Notes: a model not told the origin generated them from the letters alone. A stretch of DNA of 63,369 bases, filler included, from Rhabdomonas costata (GCA_019059605.1; 56 parts of 56 records of this genome joined end to end with filler, not necessarily neighbours in it); one strand, 5' to 3'. Positions 37,768-50,907 are shown, counted from the whole stretch's first letter. Translations and numbers: made by a program.

Positions 37768-39998
37768 GGTGAGGCCTCTACCTCCTTAAGCTGCGACGCA
37801 ACCAATTCCAGCGGCGATTTTGCGGTGGCAGGAATCACCCCTGCGGGCGGACCCCGCAGTGCGGAGCTGGGTCGCCATCCTTGGTGGCCCTCGCTCGAAG
37901 ACGTTCCCCTATGAAGTGGGGGCTCTTGGGGCCCTTTTGGTGGGGATACCGTCGGTTAGGTCGGGCTTTTGCCGCGACGTGGTCGGGGACCCCAAAATTC
38001 AGCTTTGCACCGAACGCGATGCCGCTCCATTGTGATCCAGCATAGTTCCTCGTGTGTGTTGTTCACCTTCTGTGCAGAAATACCCTCCTCCCCCCTTTGT
38101 GCGAATCGCCTTGAAGCACGAGGCACAAGTGACTCCTGCGATGAAGGTGGGAGGGTTTTTTGGGGTTGTTTTCTTCCCTATGGGGGTATACTTTGAGATG
38201 TTTGCGACTTGCTCAGGAGCGCATGTTCACATATCTTGGTACTTCCATTCGAGCAACCAAGGGCGATCTTCGAAGTTGAATGAGGCATTATTTAGCAGCA
38301 GCGCGTTTCTTATCTCGGTTTCTGGTTTCTCGAGCTGGCACATTCCTTACTTCCGAGCAAAAAATATTAAATTTAAAACATTCGCTGAGATCGTCGAAAA
38401 GGTTCGCCTCGAGTATATCAAGGGAGCAACGGTACCAAAAACCCNNNNNNNNNNNNNNNNNNNNNNNNNNNNNNNNNNNNNNNNNNNNTTAATTAATTAA
38501 NNNNNNNNNNNNNNNNNNNNNNNNNNNNNNNNNNNNNNNNNNNNGAACTGGCTTCCGATACCTCCTTTCCCTTCCCGTTTCCTGCCCCCTGTTGATGTGA
38601 TGCCCTACTCTCTTCCTTTGGTGCCGGGCGGCGGCCAGCCTTCCGCCTCTGGGGAAGGCCCATCGTTCCCTTGAGTTCCCGCCTCCCTCACAACAAAGTC
38701 TTTTTTGCTCTCTGTGTGCTCAAATCCAATTTGTGGCTTTGGCCACTTTGGTGAACGTTTTTCACAGCCTTGCCCCACCCTTTGGGTTTGTGATTTTCTA
38801 CCTACATTTTTGTTTCTTGAGTGCTCCGCTCAACACAATTTGTTCTGGGTAGGTTGCTTGTTCCCTGATGTGCCGGTATCGGTACCTCTTTGCGTTCTCA
38901 CGGTTTGCGTTCCTTTTTTTCGCCTTTGATTTTCGGTGAGGTTAGCGAGGTCATCTTTTTTTTTTGCATTTCTTTATACCAAGGTATTCGCGAATGCAAC
39001 GGCAAATCATGGGATTGTACAACTCAAACGGAACGCAGTACATAATCAAAGTATGCACCGGAAATCGAGCTTCTTTTCCGCAAAGGCAGGGCGTTCATGT
39101 TGCCAGATGTCGCGTTATTTTGTTGTCTGCTGGGGTACATAACTGCATTGCGCTGGGTCCCGTAATGCATCGCTACCACATTATTCCGTTGGGAACGCCC
39201 CCTGTAAAATCCCTACTGGCGGAGTTTCGGGACTCCGTCGAATGTCCCGAGGATACAAAAAGGGTGGCAGTGTAATTTTAGTTAAATCTCCCCACGCTTG
39301 CACAGGAGACAGTGGTTCCCGAAGGGGGGGAGGTTTTATAACGTGTTCACTGGTTCATACGTTTATCACACAACATTTCTTTTTAGCCTCCGTCGCAGCT
39401 CCTTTTTGTGTTACTTCACACTTCCTCAGTTCTCTGTGCGACCGTAATGCGCCTTTTAATTCCACTTGGATTGAGGGGATTTTACAAGACTCCCACCTTC
39501 TGCATGTTACGCTCCAATGCAAGTTGGCCCTCAACTGCCGACAACCGAAGTGTTCGCTTCTTTTTCACCTCAACCCANNNNNNNNNNNNNNNNNNNNNNN
39601 NNNNNNNNNNNNNNNNNNNNNTTAATTAATTAANNNNNNNNNNNNNNNNNNNNNNNNNNNNNNNNNNNNNNNNNNNNTTTTTGTGTGAAGGTGCTCTAAA
39701 TTTAAGCGATGCTTCGCCCACGAAAGGGTTCTGTGAGGTGGAAGAGAGAAAGGTGAAAGAAAACGTTTACGTGTGCATGGTTAAGCAGCAAAAAAAAAGA
39801 GAATAACGAACGCCACCCACGGAACGAGTAGCACCGCTCGCAAAAGTGATTAGCGGGGGGGGGGGAGAGTCTAGTCTCGTGCAGTGCGCTGTCGCAACAG
39901 GCTGCTGAACTTGGTTCTGGGTTTGGTTGTTGGACTCGGACTAAAAAAAGCTGCACCTCACCAAAGTTCAAACCCCAGAGCAGACAGAGCCTGCATAC

Positions 39999-40287
39999 AA
40001 TGTGCTTCTCCGAGTACTTGTCCGAGGAAATCAGGTTGACGGCTTCCATGTGTCCAAAGTCAATTTCGTAGCCCAGCATGAACATGTAAAGAAGCTTGCA
40101 AATGTACTTTTTCCGATCATACCCTGCAAAAGCACGAAATGTAACACTCAGTGGGAGTTACAAATGAAAGGACAACCTAACGTAAAAGAAACCCGCACAC
40201 CGCTCAGCTTGCTGCTCTCTTTGAACTTTGCGCGAATCTTGGCAAGCTCCTTATCGACTCTGATCTGCTCATTCTCCTTGGATGTTG
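39999..40287 (-). CDS. AP2A: AP-2 complex subunit alpha (alpha-adaptin), N-terminal exons
   Basis: Exon 40287-40201 [28 protein letters not shown] joins exon 40123-39999 [42 protein letters not shown] across a 77-nt GT-AG intron. Confidence 0.93.
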
Positions 40288-41090
40288 CTGTGCAAGTGAG
40301 GGCAGGATTTTTTTGAACATGAACTCGCGTTCCGCTTGCAAGTTCTTTCATTGACCGCTCCCTTTTATTTCCACAGCCCACGTTGCAAAACTAGTGAACT
40401 GTGTCTGGGCGCTACAACTTAGTGGCCCCTCATTTCGCCCACTAACCCCTGCGCTTTACCGTTTGGAACGTGCGCAAACTGCAGTTTCGCGACCGTGCTT
40501 TCCAAAGCGAGCAGTTTATGTTTTTTTGACTTGGACAAGGAGCTACTCCGCTGCCGCTATCACCAACTCCGCAAACGAGTCATGACCGCCGAGCACGCCA
40601 TAGCAACCCCAGCCAGCTTCCACCACCCAACAACCGCCCCAGCCAAACATCATAGGGCCCCACCACAGGCATGGTCGCAGGTCGTCCGCTAGCCACTAAA
40701 CCCAAAAGTANNNNNNNNNNNNNNNNNNNNNNNNNNNNNNNNNNNNNNNNNNNNTTAATTAATTAANNNNNNNNNNNNNNNNNNNNNNNNNNNNNNNNNN
40801 NNNNNNNNNNATATAATGCTCGGAGATAGTGTGTGAGGTGCCACAGAGAGCTTTGTACTGTTCAATAGTGCTAAGCGATTGAACCCCGACCCCCTCCCAA
40901 AACAGTGCAAAACTAGAAAGAAGGTACCCGAATCATCTGCGTTCTCCAGCTTCAGCGGGGTGTTTGTTAACCCTCCCGTGAAAAAGAAGAGCGGTTCTCC
41001 CGACTTTGGACGACCCATTACCATCGTCGTCACTCACACTTCGGGCGACTCCTTGCCGAGGTACACCCTCCTCACCCCTTCCCCGCACAG

Positions 41091-41397
41091 GGTTTGGAAT
41101 GGGTTGGGAAGGAGGTTGCCGAAGTGAAGCAAATGGCCCGGGACTACCGCCCCCTGGACTGGCTGGGGCACTTCATCCCCATGGTGCGGTGGCTGCGGAC
41201 CTACCCGGTGCGGGAGTGGCTTCTCGCGGACATTCTGGCGGGGCTGTGCGTGGGGTTCATGGTGGTGCCCCAGGGCATGAGCTATGCCAACCTGGCCAGC
41301 CTGCCCGCGGTGTTTGGGCTATATGGGGCGTTCGTGCCCAACATGGTGTACGCGATGTTTGGGAATAGCCGGCAGCTGGCCGTGGGCCCAGTGGCAG
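41091..41397 (+). CDS. SulP/SLC26 sulfate/anion transporter, N-terminal exon
   Basis: WLRTY...[37 protein letters not shown]...[13 protein letters not shown] signature, bounded by cag and gt. Confidence 0.93.
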
Positions 41398-41943
41398 GTC
41401 CCCACAACCGGCCCCCCTTCTCTCATCCCCTCTGCGTCTCATCTGTTGGCAACTTGCTTGGAGAATCAGTCCGTCTCCAAACCAAATGTCCGCACCAGTA
41501 CAGGCAGAACACTTGCTCGACCTTGAACTTCTGCGCAATGTGCTGAAGACCATTTGTTTTCAATCGCCCTCCGGTTCTTGATTCGAAAATCGGGATACAA
41601 CAATGACCAGAACCCCGTGGTAGTGGTGCGGTTTGAATGCGTGCAAAACCAGAAGACCGGGCACAATGAAACCACAGTGCACAGCATGGGTTTCCAGGAT
41701 ACGCTCTGGATTTTTTTTAGCTGTTCGTCAGCGTAAGGTAATACGAGGCGAAAAGTGGCCCACAGTCCAGTTCTGCCTTAAGCGCCTGGGGAACTGCCCA
41801 GCGCAGGCCCGACCAGCACCTGTTTTCTTGACCCCCCCCACACNNNNNNNNNNNNNNNNNNNNNNNNNNNNNNNNNNNNNNNNNNNNTTAATTAATTAAN
41901 NNNNNNNNNNNNNNNNNNNNNNNNNNNNNNNNNNNNNNNNNNN

Positions 41944-42808
41944 ACCAAGGACTTGGCGGTTATGGTTGGGGCCTACCTGCATTCCCCGGACCACGAGGAA
42001 GGGGAGGACACGAAGCCGGTGCAGCACCTGCGAATGAAGATTGTGCGATACATGAACCTGGCACATGCTCTAATCCTGAGCGAGGCTGATGGCACCACCT
42101 CCGGGGCACTTTCGACGCTGCGCTATCGAGGCTTTGTCAACGACGAGGAGATCCGCTTGCTGGAGCCGGTCACCCGCAACCGCTACTCTGTGGTGCTGCT
42201 TTGGGTCCAGGACTTGCTTCGGCATTGCTATGACAGCCAGCTGCTTCCCAACGCCTACATCTTTGCACGGCTTCAGAAGGCTGTGTCCAGGGTGGACGAC
42301 GCGGCTGACCAGATTATCAACATGTACCTCGATACCCAGCTGCCGTACACCTACATTCAAGTAGTGAGCTATATCGTTCAGGTGCGCAGATTTGCCCGCT
42401 CCTTGTCCTGGTCACGTCACCTGCAGGCGGATGAGACCATCCTTTTTTTTTGAAAAGCAAAGTCACAGTAGCAACAGATAACATCCATTAGGCATATTTC
42501 TGGGAAAGGTCCGCGTCATGCGCGAGGGACTGTGCCCTGGACAACACATGTCAGTGCTGCTTTTTTGAAGCACCTTTTTGTCCACTTCGGTCTTTGCTTG
42601 GGGTGGAGGGATTACCTTTGCCCTTTTTTGTCCTAGGTTTTCCTGTTTGTCAACGTCTGCCAGCAGGCCTTCTACCTTAATGAAGCATGGAGCCAGACGG
42701 ATGTGCAGCAGCTGGCGGGAATCTTCTGGCCATACTTCCAGATTATCACTAGCGTGGTGGCCTTTGAGAGCTTCCTTATCCTCCACATCTTCCTCACCAA
42801 CCCCTTCG
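41944..42808 (+). CDS. Bestrophin-family anion channel, two exons
   Basis: Exon 41944-42381 (RYMNLAHAL, RGFVNDEE, TQLPYTYIQVV) joins exon 42637-42808 ending in LTNPFG, across a phase-0 GT-AG intron. Confidence 0.8.
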
Positions 42809-43078
42809 GTGTGTTCCGGCTTCACTTTTCACTCGGTTGCATGAATGAATGTTGAATGATGGTCACTCCAGGCAAGGCGAATGCCTGAAAGGAGCTTCTG
42901 TTGACCCATCACTCAGTTAGAATACTAGCAGTCACCCAATGCGCCAAAGAATGAAGGCCCACTGGAAGTCAGCAGANNNNNNNNNNNNNNNNNNNNNNNN
43001 NNNNNNNNNNNNNNNNNNNNTTAATTAATTAANNNNNNNNNNNNNNNNNNNNNNNNNNNNNNNNNNNNNNNNNNNNGT

Positions 43079-43156
43079 TGTCAAACACCAACGTGGTATC
43101 AGCAATCTTCGTCACAATTGTGACGAAGATTGCTGATACCACGTTGGTGTTTGACA
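43079..43156. repeat. 78-bp perfect palindrome (39-bp arms, no loop) at contig start
   Basis: tgtcaaacacc...cgtcacaa | ttgtgacg...ggtgtttgaca, centred at 43117/43118. Confidence 0.92.
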
Positions 43157-45811
43157 TCCCGAAGGAGATCAATGGAGAGCTCACCCGGTGTTTTATTCTA
43201 GTGATCTTATTTACTACGAGACCAGAGTGTTGGATACCGTTGGAATGTTGCAGTAAGACGAGGTAGATGGTGGTAAAAGTAATGGAACTGAAGGCCAATG
43301 TCAAGGTAGATGTAACGGAGAACAGAAGTAGAGCTAGTCTAGAAGCGTAGAGACAAGTATTTGTTGGAGAACATGAGAACAGTTTAGTGGTGGCAGATTC
43401 ATTGGAGAGCCACGTTTTATAGGATCTGTATGCATCAGATGGTGAATAATGTGGAGAACCTGAAGCGGTAGAGAGTATGAAGATTCAAGAAATACCGTAA
43501 CAAACGTAGTGAGAGCGTCGCAGTAGGCGGTCTTCTCTTATTCTTCTCTCTCTACCTGCGGAGCCCTTGCGCTTTGAAATCCCTAGAGCATGAAGGCATG
43601 AGTCACGTAAGGGGTCATGCCGGAATGGAGGTCAGAGGTCCTGACGGAGGAAGGGCACTGCGGAGTCAGAGGTCAATGTCACGCAGCGAAGCGTAGTAGA
43701 GGGTCTGGCACCGCAGGTAAGAATGCCAACATCACCCTTCACTTCTCACCCTCACACCCTGAACCCCTCAACCCACCCTCCGACTCAGAAACAAGAACAC
43801 TACACTCTGAACCACTCAACCACTCCTGAAACCCCACCAACTCACCAGCCGTCACAGATGCGCGTAGAAACAGGAACATCAGCAGCCATGATAACACCAT
43901 TGCATCATCACACAAATTCTCACACACCCTCCGACACCACACCCTCTGAGACGGAAACACACACAGCCCTTACCCATACGTTGACACAAACACACCACAG
44001 ACAAGCACTAAAACATGCATGACACCACAACCCCTCGGACCTAACAGAAACGACGCTTCGACCAACACGACACCAAGCTAACCATTTGCCTCAACACAAC
44101 AACCCCACANNNNNNNNNNNNNNNNNNNNNNNNNNNNNNNNNNNNNNNNNNNNTTAATTAATTAANNNNNNNNNNNNNNNNNNNNNNNNNNNNNNNNNNN
44201 NNNNNNNNNGGTGGTTGGTTATGGGGTGGATCCGAGTGCCGGTGTCCATCCCCCCGTTGCGGCACTGGCTTGTGGTTCTACCTTGCGGCTTTTCCCGTTA
44301 AGCAGTAGTCTGTATGGAAAATCAGGGGAAGAATCGCCGCGTGCGTGCTCCGACCCCTTCCTTTGTGTTGCTTGCAGGGCTTTTTCAAGGGCTTGTTGGT
44401 GGAAATGCAATGGCACGTTCTTGTCTCCCGACGTTTGGCTGAAGCTTTGAACCCGAACTTCGCGAGGGGGTCTCCAACAGGTCTTTTGCTTTCCCTGCGC
44501 ATACAGTCTTTGTGCGATACTTAGCGCGATGCAGTCTGTTTCTTTGCGTTTGGAACCGCGTTTTTTTAAATCGGAAAAGCACCAGTGTGTAGCGCGTAAA
44601 CAATTTATTTCTTGCTGTCGTCCATTTTCATTTGCAGTCAAGAAACTCATGCAAGGATTATGTCTCCATGCAGACATCCGCTCCCCCACCGGGGTGGAGC
44701 CTTCCAGAGTCAGGCAGGGCTTTTCAATGCCTTATAATTTGCACAGCCTTCGTTGCTTGTGTGTTTGTGGTTATGTGGATATTCACAGGGTTTACGCTAA
44801 AGAGCTGCAGCGCGTCATGGCGGAGGTGCTTCGCTTTTGGGGTCCTGACTTTGTGGAAGACGCTGGGTCAGCGTGGCTGAAGGTTCCGTGTTGTGTTTTG
44901 GTAAGGATTTAAGCGAAAGTGTTATTTGCTCCCCCCCTTCCCCGTAACAAAACGGAGCGGAACAACAATGCAGGAAAGAGACTCAGAAGTTTGCGTGTCG
45001 TGAACTGTCGCACAACATCATCGTACGCTAGGAGAAGATTCTCATCACGAACAAAGTATGGCTGAAAAACCCGAACCAGAGCTGCAGCATCGGTTTCTTC
45101 ATGTGTCAGAAACACACGGTAACCGGAAAAAACTGCTGTTGGTTTTCAGGTATGACCGTTCAAAAAGGAAGCCTCATTTCACTTTATGTCACCGCTTGCT
45201 CGTTCATTCCGCTTTTCTTCAGGCCTTTGCCCCCCCCAACCCNNNNNNNNNNNNNNNNNNNNNNNNNNNNNNNNNNNNNNNNNNNNTTAATTAATTAANN
45301 NNNNNNNNNNNNNNNNNNNNNNNNNNNNNNNNNNNNNNNNNNTGTGGTTGTGGGTGTTGGAGGACCGGTGTGCATTGTGGCCGAGGGTGGTACATGGTGT
45401 GTGTTCAATCCCGGTGCTGAGCAGCTGCTTGTAAGGGTTCTGGTGGTGTGGTGACGAGTGCTGTGGACATCAGGCCATGGTGTGCCAGTGCTGCTTTCCC
45501 TCCGTGGTGTCAGGTTGGTTGGGGTAGAACGGGTTGTGGACGAGGGTGGTTTATAGCTTGTGCTCAATCCCGTGCTGGCTGGCCTCACGCGCGTATATGT
45601 TATATATAGTAGTATATGTAGTATATAATTGTGTATGTAGTGTATAAGGTAGTGTGTGTATGTAATAGTTGGAGTATGTGTTGGGTGTAGTGTTGTGACT
45701 CAATGGTTTAGCGTAGGGTGTGTGGTATGGGCTGTGGTGGTACGTTGGGTAGGGTGGTTGGGTGATTGGTCGTGGAGTTGGTGCTGGTGGTCATGGTGTG
45801 TGGGTGGGGTA

Positions 45812-45869
45812 GTGGGCATGGTGGTTGTGGTGGGCATGGTGGTTGTGGTGGGCATGGTGGTTGTGGTGG
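45812..45869 (+). repeat. 18-bp tandem repeat x3 within a G/T-rich low-complexity tract
   Basis: gtgggcatggtggttgtg starts at 45812, 45830 and 45848. Confidence 0.9.
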
Positions 45870-46180
45870 CTAGGGTTGTGTTGGCGTGTCGAGGTTTGTG
45901 GGCATGGGGTGTTGGTTGTTGGCAAGTGAAGAAGTGTGGGCCGACAAGAGATGGGGTTTTGAAAACTTCGCGTGTCTCGCCCTCGCGGTGAGCGGAACCC
46001 AATCACGAGACGGTTTCAGCTTCACCGGCCCGCCTTCTTTTCTCCCCTCCCAGAACTGAGTGTGGACCACAGCGACAGGCTGAAATAGCTCTCTTCCACT
46101 CCTTTCCGGTCTTGCTAATCATCGGTCATTCCTCTTCGGTTCCATTTAGCCTCTCCCACACGCCCCGTCTTTCAGCGCAG

Positions 46181-46375
46181 CTCAAACAAACTCAACATGT
46201 AAATGTAAACCCGCAAAGGTTTAAGACTCAGCTGTGCCGCAATTGGTCCCGCACCGGGGTGTGCGCGTTTGGCGAGGGCTGCGTGTATGCCCACGGCCGC
46301 CACGAGCTGCGCCGCACCGGCGACAACACCGCCGCCCTGGCGATGCTGTCCCAGATGGCAGCGCACCCCCACACC
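46181..46375 (+). CDS. CCCH (TIS11-like) zinc-finger protein exon
   Basis: RFKTQLCRNWSRTGVCAFGEGCVYAHGRHELR, a C-x8-C-x5-C-x3-H finger with a KTxL lead-in. Confidence 0.9.
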
Positions 46376-46988
46376 NNNNNNNNNNNNNNNNNNNNNNNNN
46401 NNNNNNNNNNNNNNNNNNNTTAATTAATTAANNNNNNNNNNNNNNNNNNNNNNNNNNNNNNNNNNNNNNNNNNNNGAGAGAAAGAGAGAAAACGACAAAG
46501 AGAAAACGTGTCATGCACCCGGAACAGTGACAGCACGCGTTACATCCGTGTGTGCATGTGTTGCCAATGAGTGCAATCTCGTGTAATCGTGTAATTCCGA
46601 GGTGCATTCCTCTTTTGATAGTGATCTCGTTGCTTGCTCTCTGCTTCTCGTTCCGTGTCTGCGACGGGACATCGACAAGCAGACAATTGCGTCCCTACAT
46701 CCTTTGGCTGCTTGACTTTTTCGAGGGTGCAATTCCGGTTTTCGGCCTTTGTCCGATCTTCCTGCACAAGCGAAGGACCTGGGGTTGGAATTGGTTGCCT
46801 CTATTTTCTGGTCGTCGCTGACATTTGTGGAGGTGTGGGTGAGCGTGCGTTCCTCAAGGTGTAACAAAGTACCAGTGTGTGTCGCCTTAAACGCATTCAT
46901 TGAATCCTGCACTGGGCTTGCTGTTTCCCTTCCAACCATCCAATATGAGCGTATTCTCGGGGGATGCGAAGTACATGAACTCACAGAC

Positions 46989-47164
46989 CATCCAATAGAA
47001 TATGAACACGAACAGCAGGCTGGTGCCGATGAGGTAGGGCAGCTCCGCGAACCCCAGCACCACTCCGTACAGCAGGGAGGAGTACATGTTCGCGGCGCGC
47101 TCGCGGTAGAACACCGCGCGCTCCGTGACAATCATGGACTGCACGCTGTTCAGGTTCAAGATGC
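46989..47164 (-). CDS. ABCG/PDR-type ABC transporter, membrane-domain exon
   Basis: ERAVFYRERAANMYS...AELPYL...IFYWM signature, bounded by cag and gt. Confidence 0.9.
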
Positions 47165-47793
47165 CTGCACGCACACAACGGTGCCATATCTCCCAAAGGT
47201 GTCAAAAATCAGAGTGTTGCAAGAACGCACTCGGTCGTAGACCCAAAATAGTGTTTCAATTCAAGTCGGGAAGACAAAAATGAATGCACTACAGCTGCAG
47301 TTAAAGTTCATGGTGCATGCTGGACCATAATACGTTTAGAGTTAAGAGGGCTACACCGAAGCAGGCTTGGGGTCTTTTGAAAATACAACTGGCCCGAAAC
47401 GCTGCGTGGCCGATCCTTGGGGCAGAATTTTCTGACCTTTCACCCTCGGCAGGTTGTGGTGCCCCTTCGGCGGCTCTTCCATATATCCCTTTTGTGCCGC
47501 TTCTTACCNNNNNNNNNNNNNNNNNNNNNNNNNNNNNNNNNNNNNNNNNNNNTTAATTAATTAANNNNNNNNNNNNNNNNNNNNNNNNNNNNNNNNNNNN
47601 NNNNNNNNTTGGGGATTAGTTAGCGGTTCCACTTTCCCTGGATTCGTTCACGACACTTTCGAGTTTTCTGGTGGTGCTGCGTGCCCGCATCTGGATTTCT
47701 GTTTTGACCCTTTTTAGGTGGAACACAGCCGCGCAAAAAGGGGTTGCTGAATGTGCGAAGTGAGAGGTGGGAGTGGGAATCGGTCGAATTAAG

Positions 47794-48218
47794 CCATGGG
47801 GGTCTTCCTTCGAACACTAGGGTTCAACGAGATGGTTTTCCTGAGTGTCCTGAGCCTGGCGGAAGTGTACGGCTTGTTTCTGTCCCAAGTGGTGAAGGTT
47901 TTTTCTTTTATGCGAATGGCTCTTCCCCCCCCCCCCTGTGCGCTTTCCGCGAAGCGCAGCAAATTTGCAAGCATTGATTTTCAGAGGACTTCAGTGGGTT
48001 GGGCACTCGCTGTTGGGCCATTTAGTGCGGTTTGCGTTCGGATATGCCGGGCACCTTTTGGTGTGAATCCTTGTAGACTGGGTTGTTTGGAATGAGTGAT
48101 GCTGGTCTCTATTAGTTTGTCCGGCTGCCGTGTCTAGAGTGTGAAGGAGTTCCATGGAGTGGTGGACAAGTGCATCGGCGACAAAGTGCTGTGCCACTGG
48201 AACTGCGTCATTCGGCAG
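47794..48218 (+). CDS. Class III adenylate/guanylate cyclase-like domain (degenerate), two exons
   Basis: Exon ending at 47897 (FLRTLGFNEM...YGLFLSQVVK) joins exon 48138-48218 (SVKEFHGVVDKCIGDKVLCHWN). Resembles GxVDKFIGDxxxxxWN. Confidence 0.6.
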
Positions 48219-48902
48219 GTCGGCTGCCCTATTTGTCTGTTTTGGGGGATAGATTATTCTAACTTCTGTTGGGTTGCCTCTAGAATTCTTGCTTCATTCT
48301 CGCTCGCTCGCGTTGACATGAATACAAGTGAAAACGTTTTTTCGCATCACGTCCACAACCAGGCGCACAACTTGGGAAATTACGGGATTGCTTGGAGTCA
48401 CACAGGGTAAAGAAAGAGGTGAAAGGAAAACTGAAGTTATTACTGGAATCAGGGGAGAGGGTCACGTGTTCCAGGAGATGAGAGAGAGGTGTGTTAAGGG
48501 AAAGGTTGTGGGACTGGGACGGAACTGAGTTCTAAGAGGATAAGGGCCACGCGTACGACAAAGAAAGAAACCTGTCCGGTGTTCGGATCAACATTTCAGT
48601 GCGCTGGCTGTAAAACTGATCCGTCAGCGTACATGTCTTCCNNNNNNNNNNNNNNNNNNNNNNNNNNNNNNNNNNNNNNNNNNNNTTAATTAATTAANNN
48701 NNNNNNNNNNNNNNNNNNNNNNNNNNNNNNNNNNNNNNNNNTTGTTTTTTGTCGTTCTTTCAAACCCCGAACATTGGTGCTAATGAGGGTGATATTGAAG
48801 AAAATACCCTTTAAGACGTAGCAGGTATCCTTTCGACGGGTGCGGTCGCTGTGAGCTTTCTTCCCTATGGGCGGTCACCGGGTTTATCTAACCCACAAGC
48901 AG

Positions 48903-49219
48903 GTTGATATGACCACATTTCAGAGCAATGCTCGCTCAATGCAGGTTCTTCCTGGAGGGGGCGCAGTCAAACGCACGCCACTTTCCTCCCGTTCTTCCGG
49001 TTCTTCCGAGGGAGGCCGCCGTCTGGGGTTCGTGGGGTATGTGTGTACAGGCTCAGCAATGTCGTCACGAGGTCCTTCTGGGGCTGGTGGAGTACCTCAT
49101 CAGCCTTCTGCGGCGGCCTTTGACAGCCTGTCTGGAGCTGAATCTGGAGCCCTGCCTCAGGCTACTCGCGGAGGCGGTCCATGCTGCAGTCACGGAGAAC
49201 ACCCGCGTCCTTTACAACG
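48903..49219 (+). CDS. Two exons of an alpha-helical protein of unknown function
   Basis: Exons 48903-48944 and 49051-49219 have cag/gt boundaries and a Leu-rich helical sequence. Confidence 0.45.
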
Positions 49220-49874
49220 GTATGGTGGTCGTAGTGGTGGTTGGAGGTCAGTCCTGATTGAGTGGTGTTAGGTTGCGCTCTGTGAGGTTCCGTCCGCTGG
49301 GAAACAGTTCATGACTTGGTAGGTGAGTAGGGCCCCCCTGTGGGCATACACATCAACTAAAAGAGTTGTATGGGGTTTCGGGAAAGTGGATGTGTCCCTG
49401 TTGTGTCCCTGTCCAAATACCTCCTTGCGCAACAGTACCTCAATCTATGCAGTGTACCAAGATTTGGAGCCATGTGCAACATCGTTGGCTGCTAGCATGC
49501 AAAAAAAATTTTGTCGTCACCACTCAGAAACACTGCTGAAACGACATCGCTGAATCCTGCGGCGCTGCTTTGTGCCCTAACGATACGATTGGTCCCCTTC
49601 TAAGAGGTACCCCAGCTCAGCTGGGAAAAAAAACGCATCCAGAAGAGGACCGTGAAATACCGCCTGCCGAAAAATGCATCTCTTTGTACCTCTTTCTTCG
49701 CCACTACCGCCCCCCATTGGCCACAGAGAAGTTCCTGGAGTGCCTCAGCGAACTGTACCGCCTGCTATCCAAACNNNNNNNNNNNNNNNNNNNNNNNNNN
49801 NNNNNNNNNNNNNNNNNNTTAATTAATTAANNNNNNNNNNNNNNNNNNNNNNNNNNNNNNNNNNNNNNNNNNNN

Positions 49875-50907
49875 CAAACCGTATGGCCAGAACTACGCCC
49901 TTGTTCAGGAGGATGAGCAGACATCAGATCCCGAAACTGGGAAACTGGCAAAACTAACAACTTTGTCGTGACAGGCGACAGGACATGAGTACAAATGCCC
50001 ATCGGCCTCAGAGTCCGGTGTGGTGGGGTATGTCGAAAAAGATTTTCCGGCGGTATTTCACGAGATAGCATACCATATTCCAGACGGCTGGATCCTGAGT
50101 TTCTTTATTTTATTTCCTGTCCTTTGCAAAACGACAAAGTCCATGTTTGCTGTTTTTTTTTGAAAGATTGCAATTGACAAAGAATTGCACCGCTATAAAA
50201 CACGGCAGCAAAAGAGAGCACGTCAGCACAAATGGGAAGGTGGAGCCAGACAGAAAGCATCGCTCGGTATGCGGACCCCTTGGTATTAACATATAAACCG
50301 AAATATTCCTGGCAAAAATAACACGCAGGAGGGGAGGGGGGCAGTGGTGCGTTGGTATTGACATACCAGCATCCCCTCAGTCAACTCATCAGAGCCCTTA
50401 TGGCTGTATACCCAGCCGCACCGAGCAGCCTTCGCAGGCAGCACTTGGTACACCTCAGTGTCGTTCAGCGACGGAGTCCGCAGTCGGCGGACTCCTGGGG
50501 AGGCATTGGAGCCGACCCACGTGGTCGAGCCGCGGTCGAAAAACACGGAAGCCGCAACCGTCGGCTGTAAACTAGCTTCCTGCGAGATGGGAATGTCACT
50601 TCGAAAGACACCCGCGAAGTCACGCACACGACTTTTGCAGGCATTCAGGATTTTCGGGGGGTAAAAATTAACCGACTACCTCACTGCTCCGTGATCTAAA
50701 TTTTTTTAATGCGTAGATTCCACAGAAATACTAAACGAAAATGAGTACGCGCCTAAATATCCCAAAGGACCCGTCTGGGTCAAACCGTATGGCCAGAACT
50801 ACGCCCTTGTTCAGGAGGATGAGCAGACATCAGATCCCGAAACTGGGAAACTGGCAAAACTAACAACTTTGTCGTGACAGGCGACAGGACATGAGTACAA
50901 ATGCCCA
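49875..50907. repeat. Contig with exact 127-bp terminal direct repeat (circular molecule or collapsed tandem array, 906-bp unit)
   Basis: 49875-50001 is identical to 50781-50907. Confidence 0.9.

Noticed and set aside
35145-50907. Near-identical unit sizes (907 and 906 bp) of the two self-overlapping contigs suggesting a minicircle class
   Set aside because: All contigs here are about 1033 bp, so equal size follows from sorting. I saw no conserved block shared between the two.
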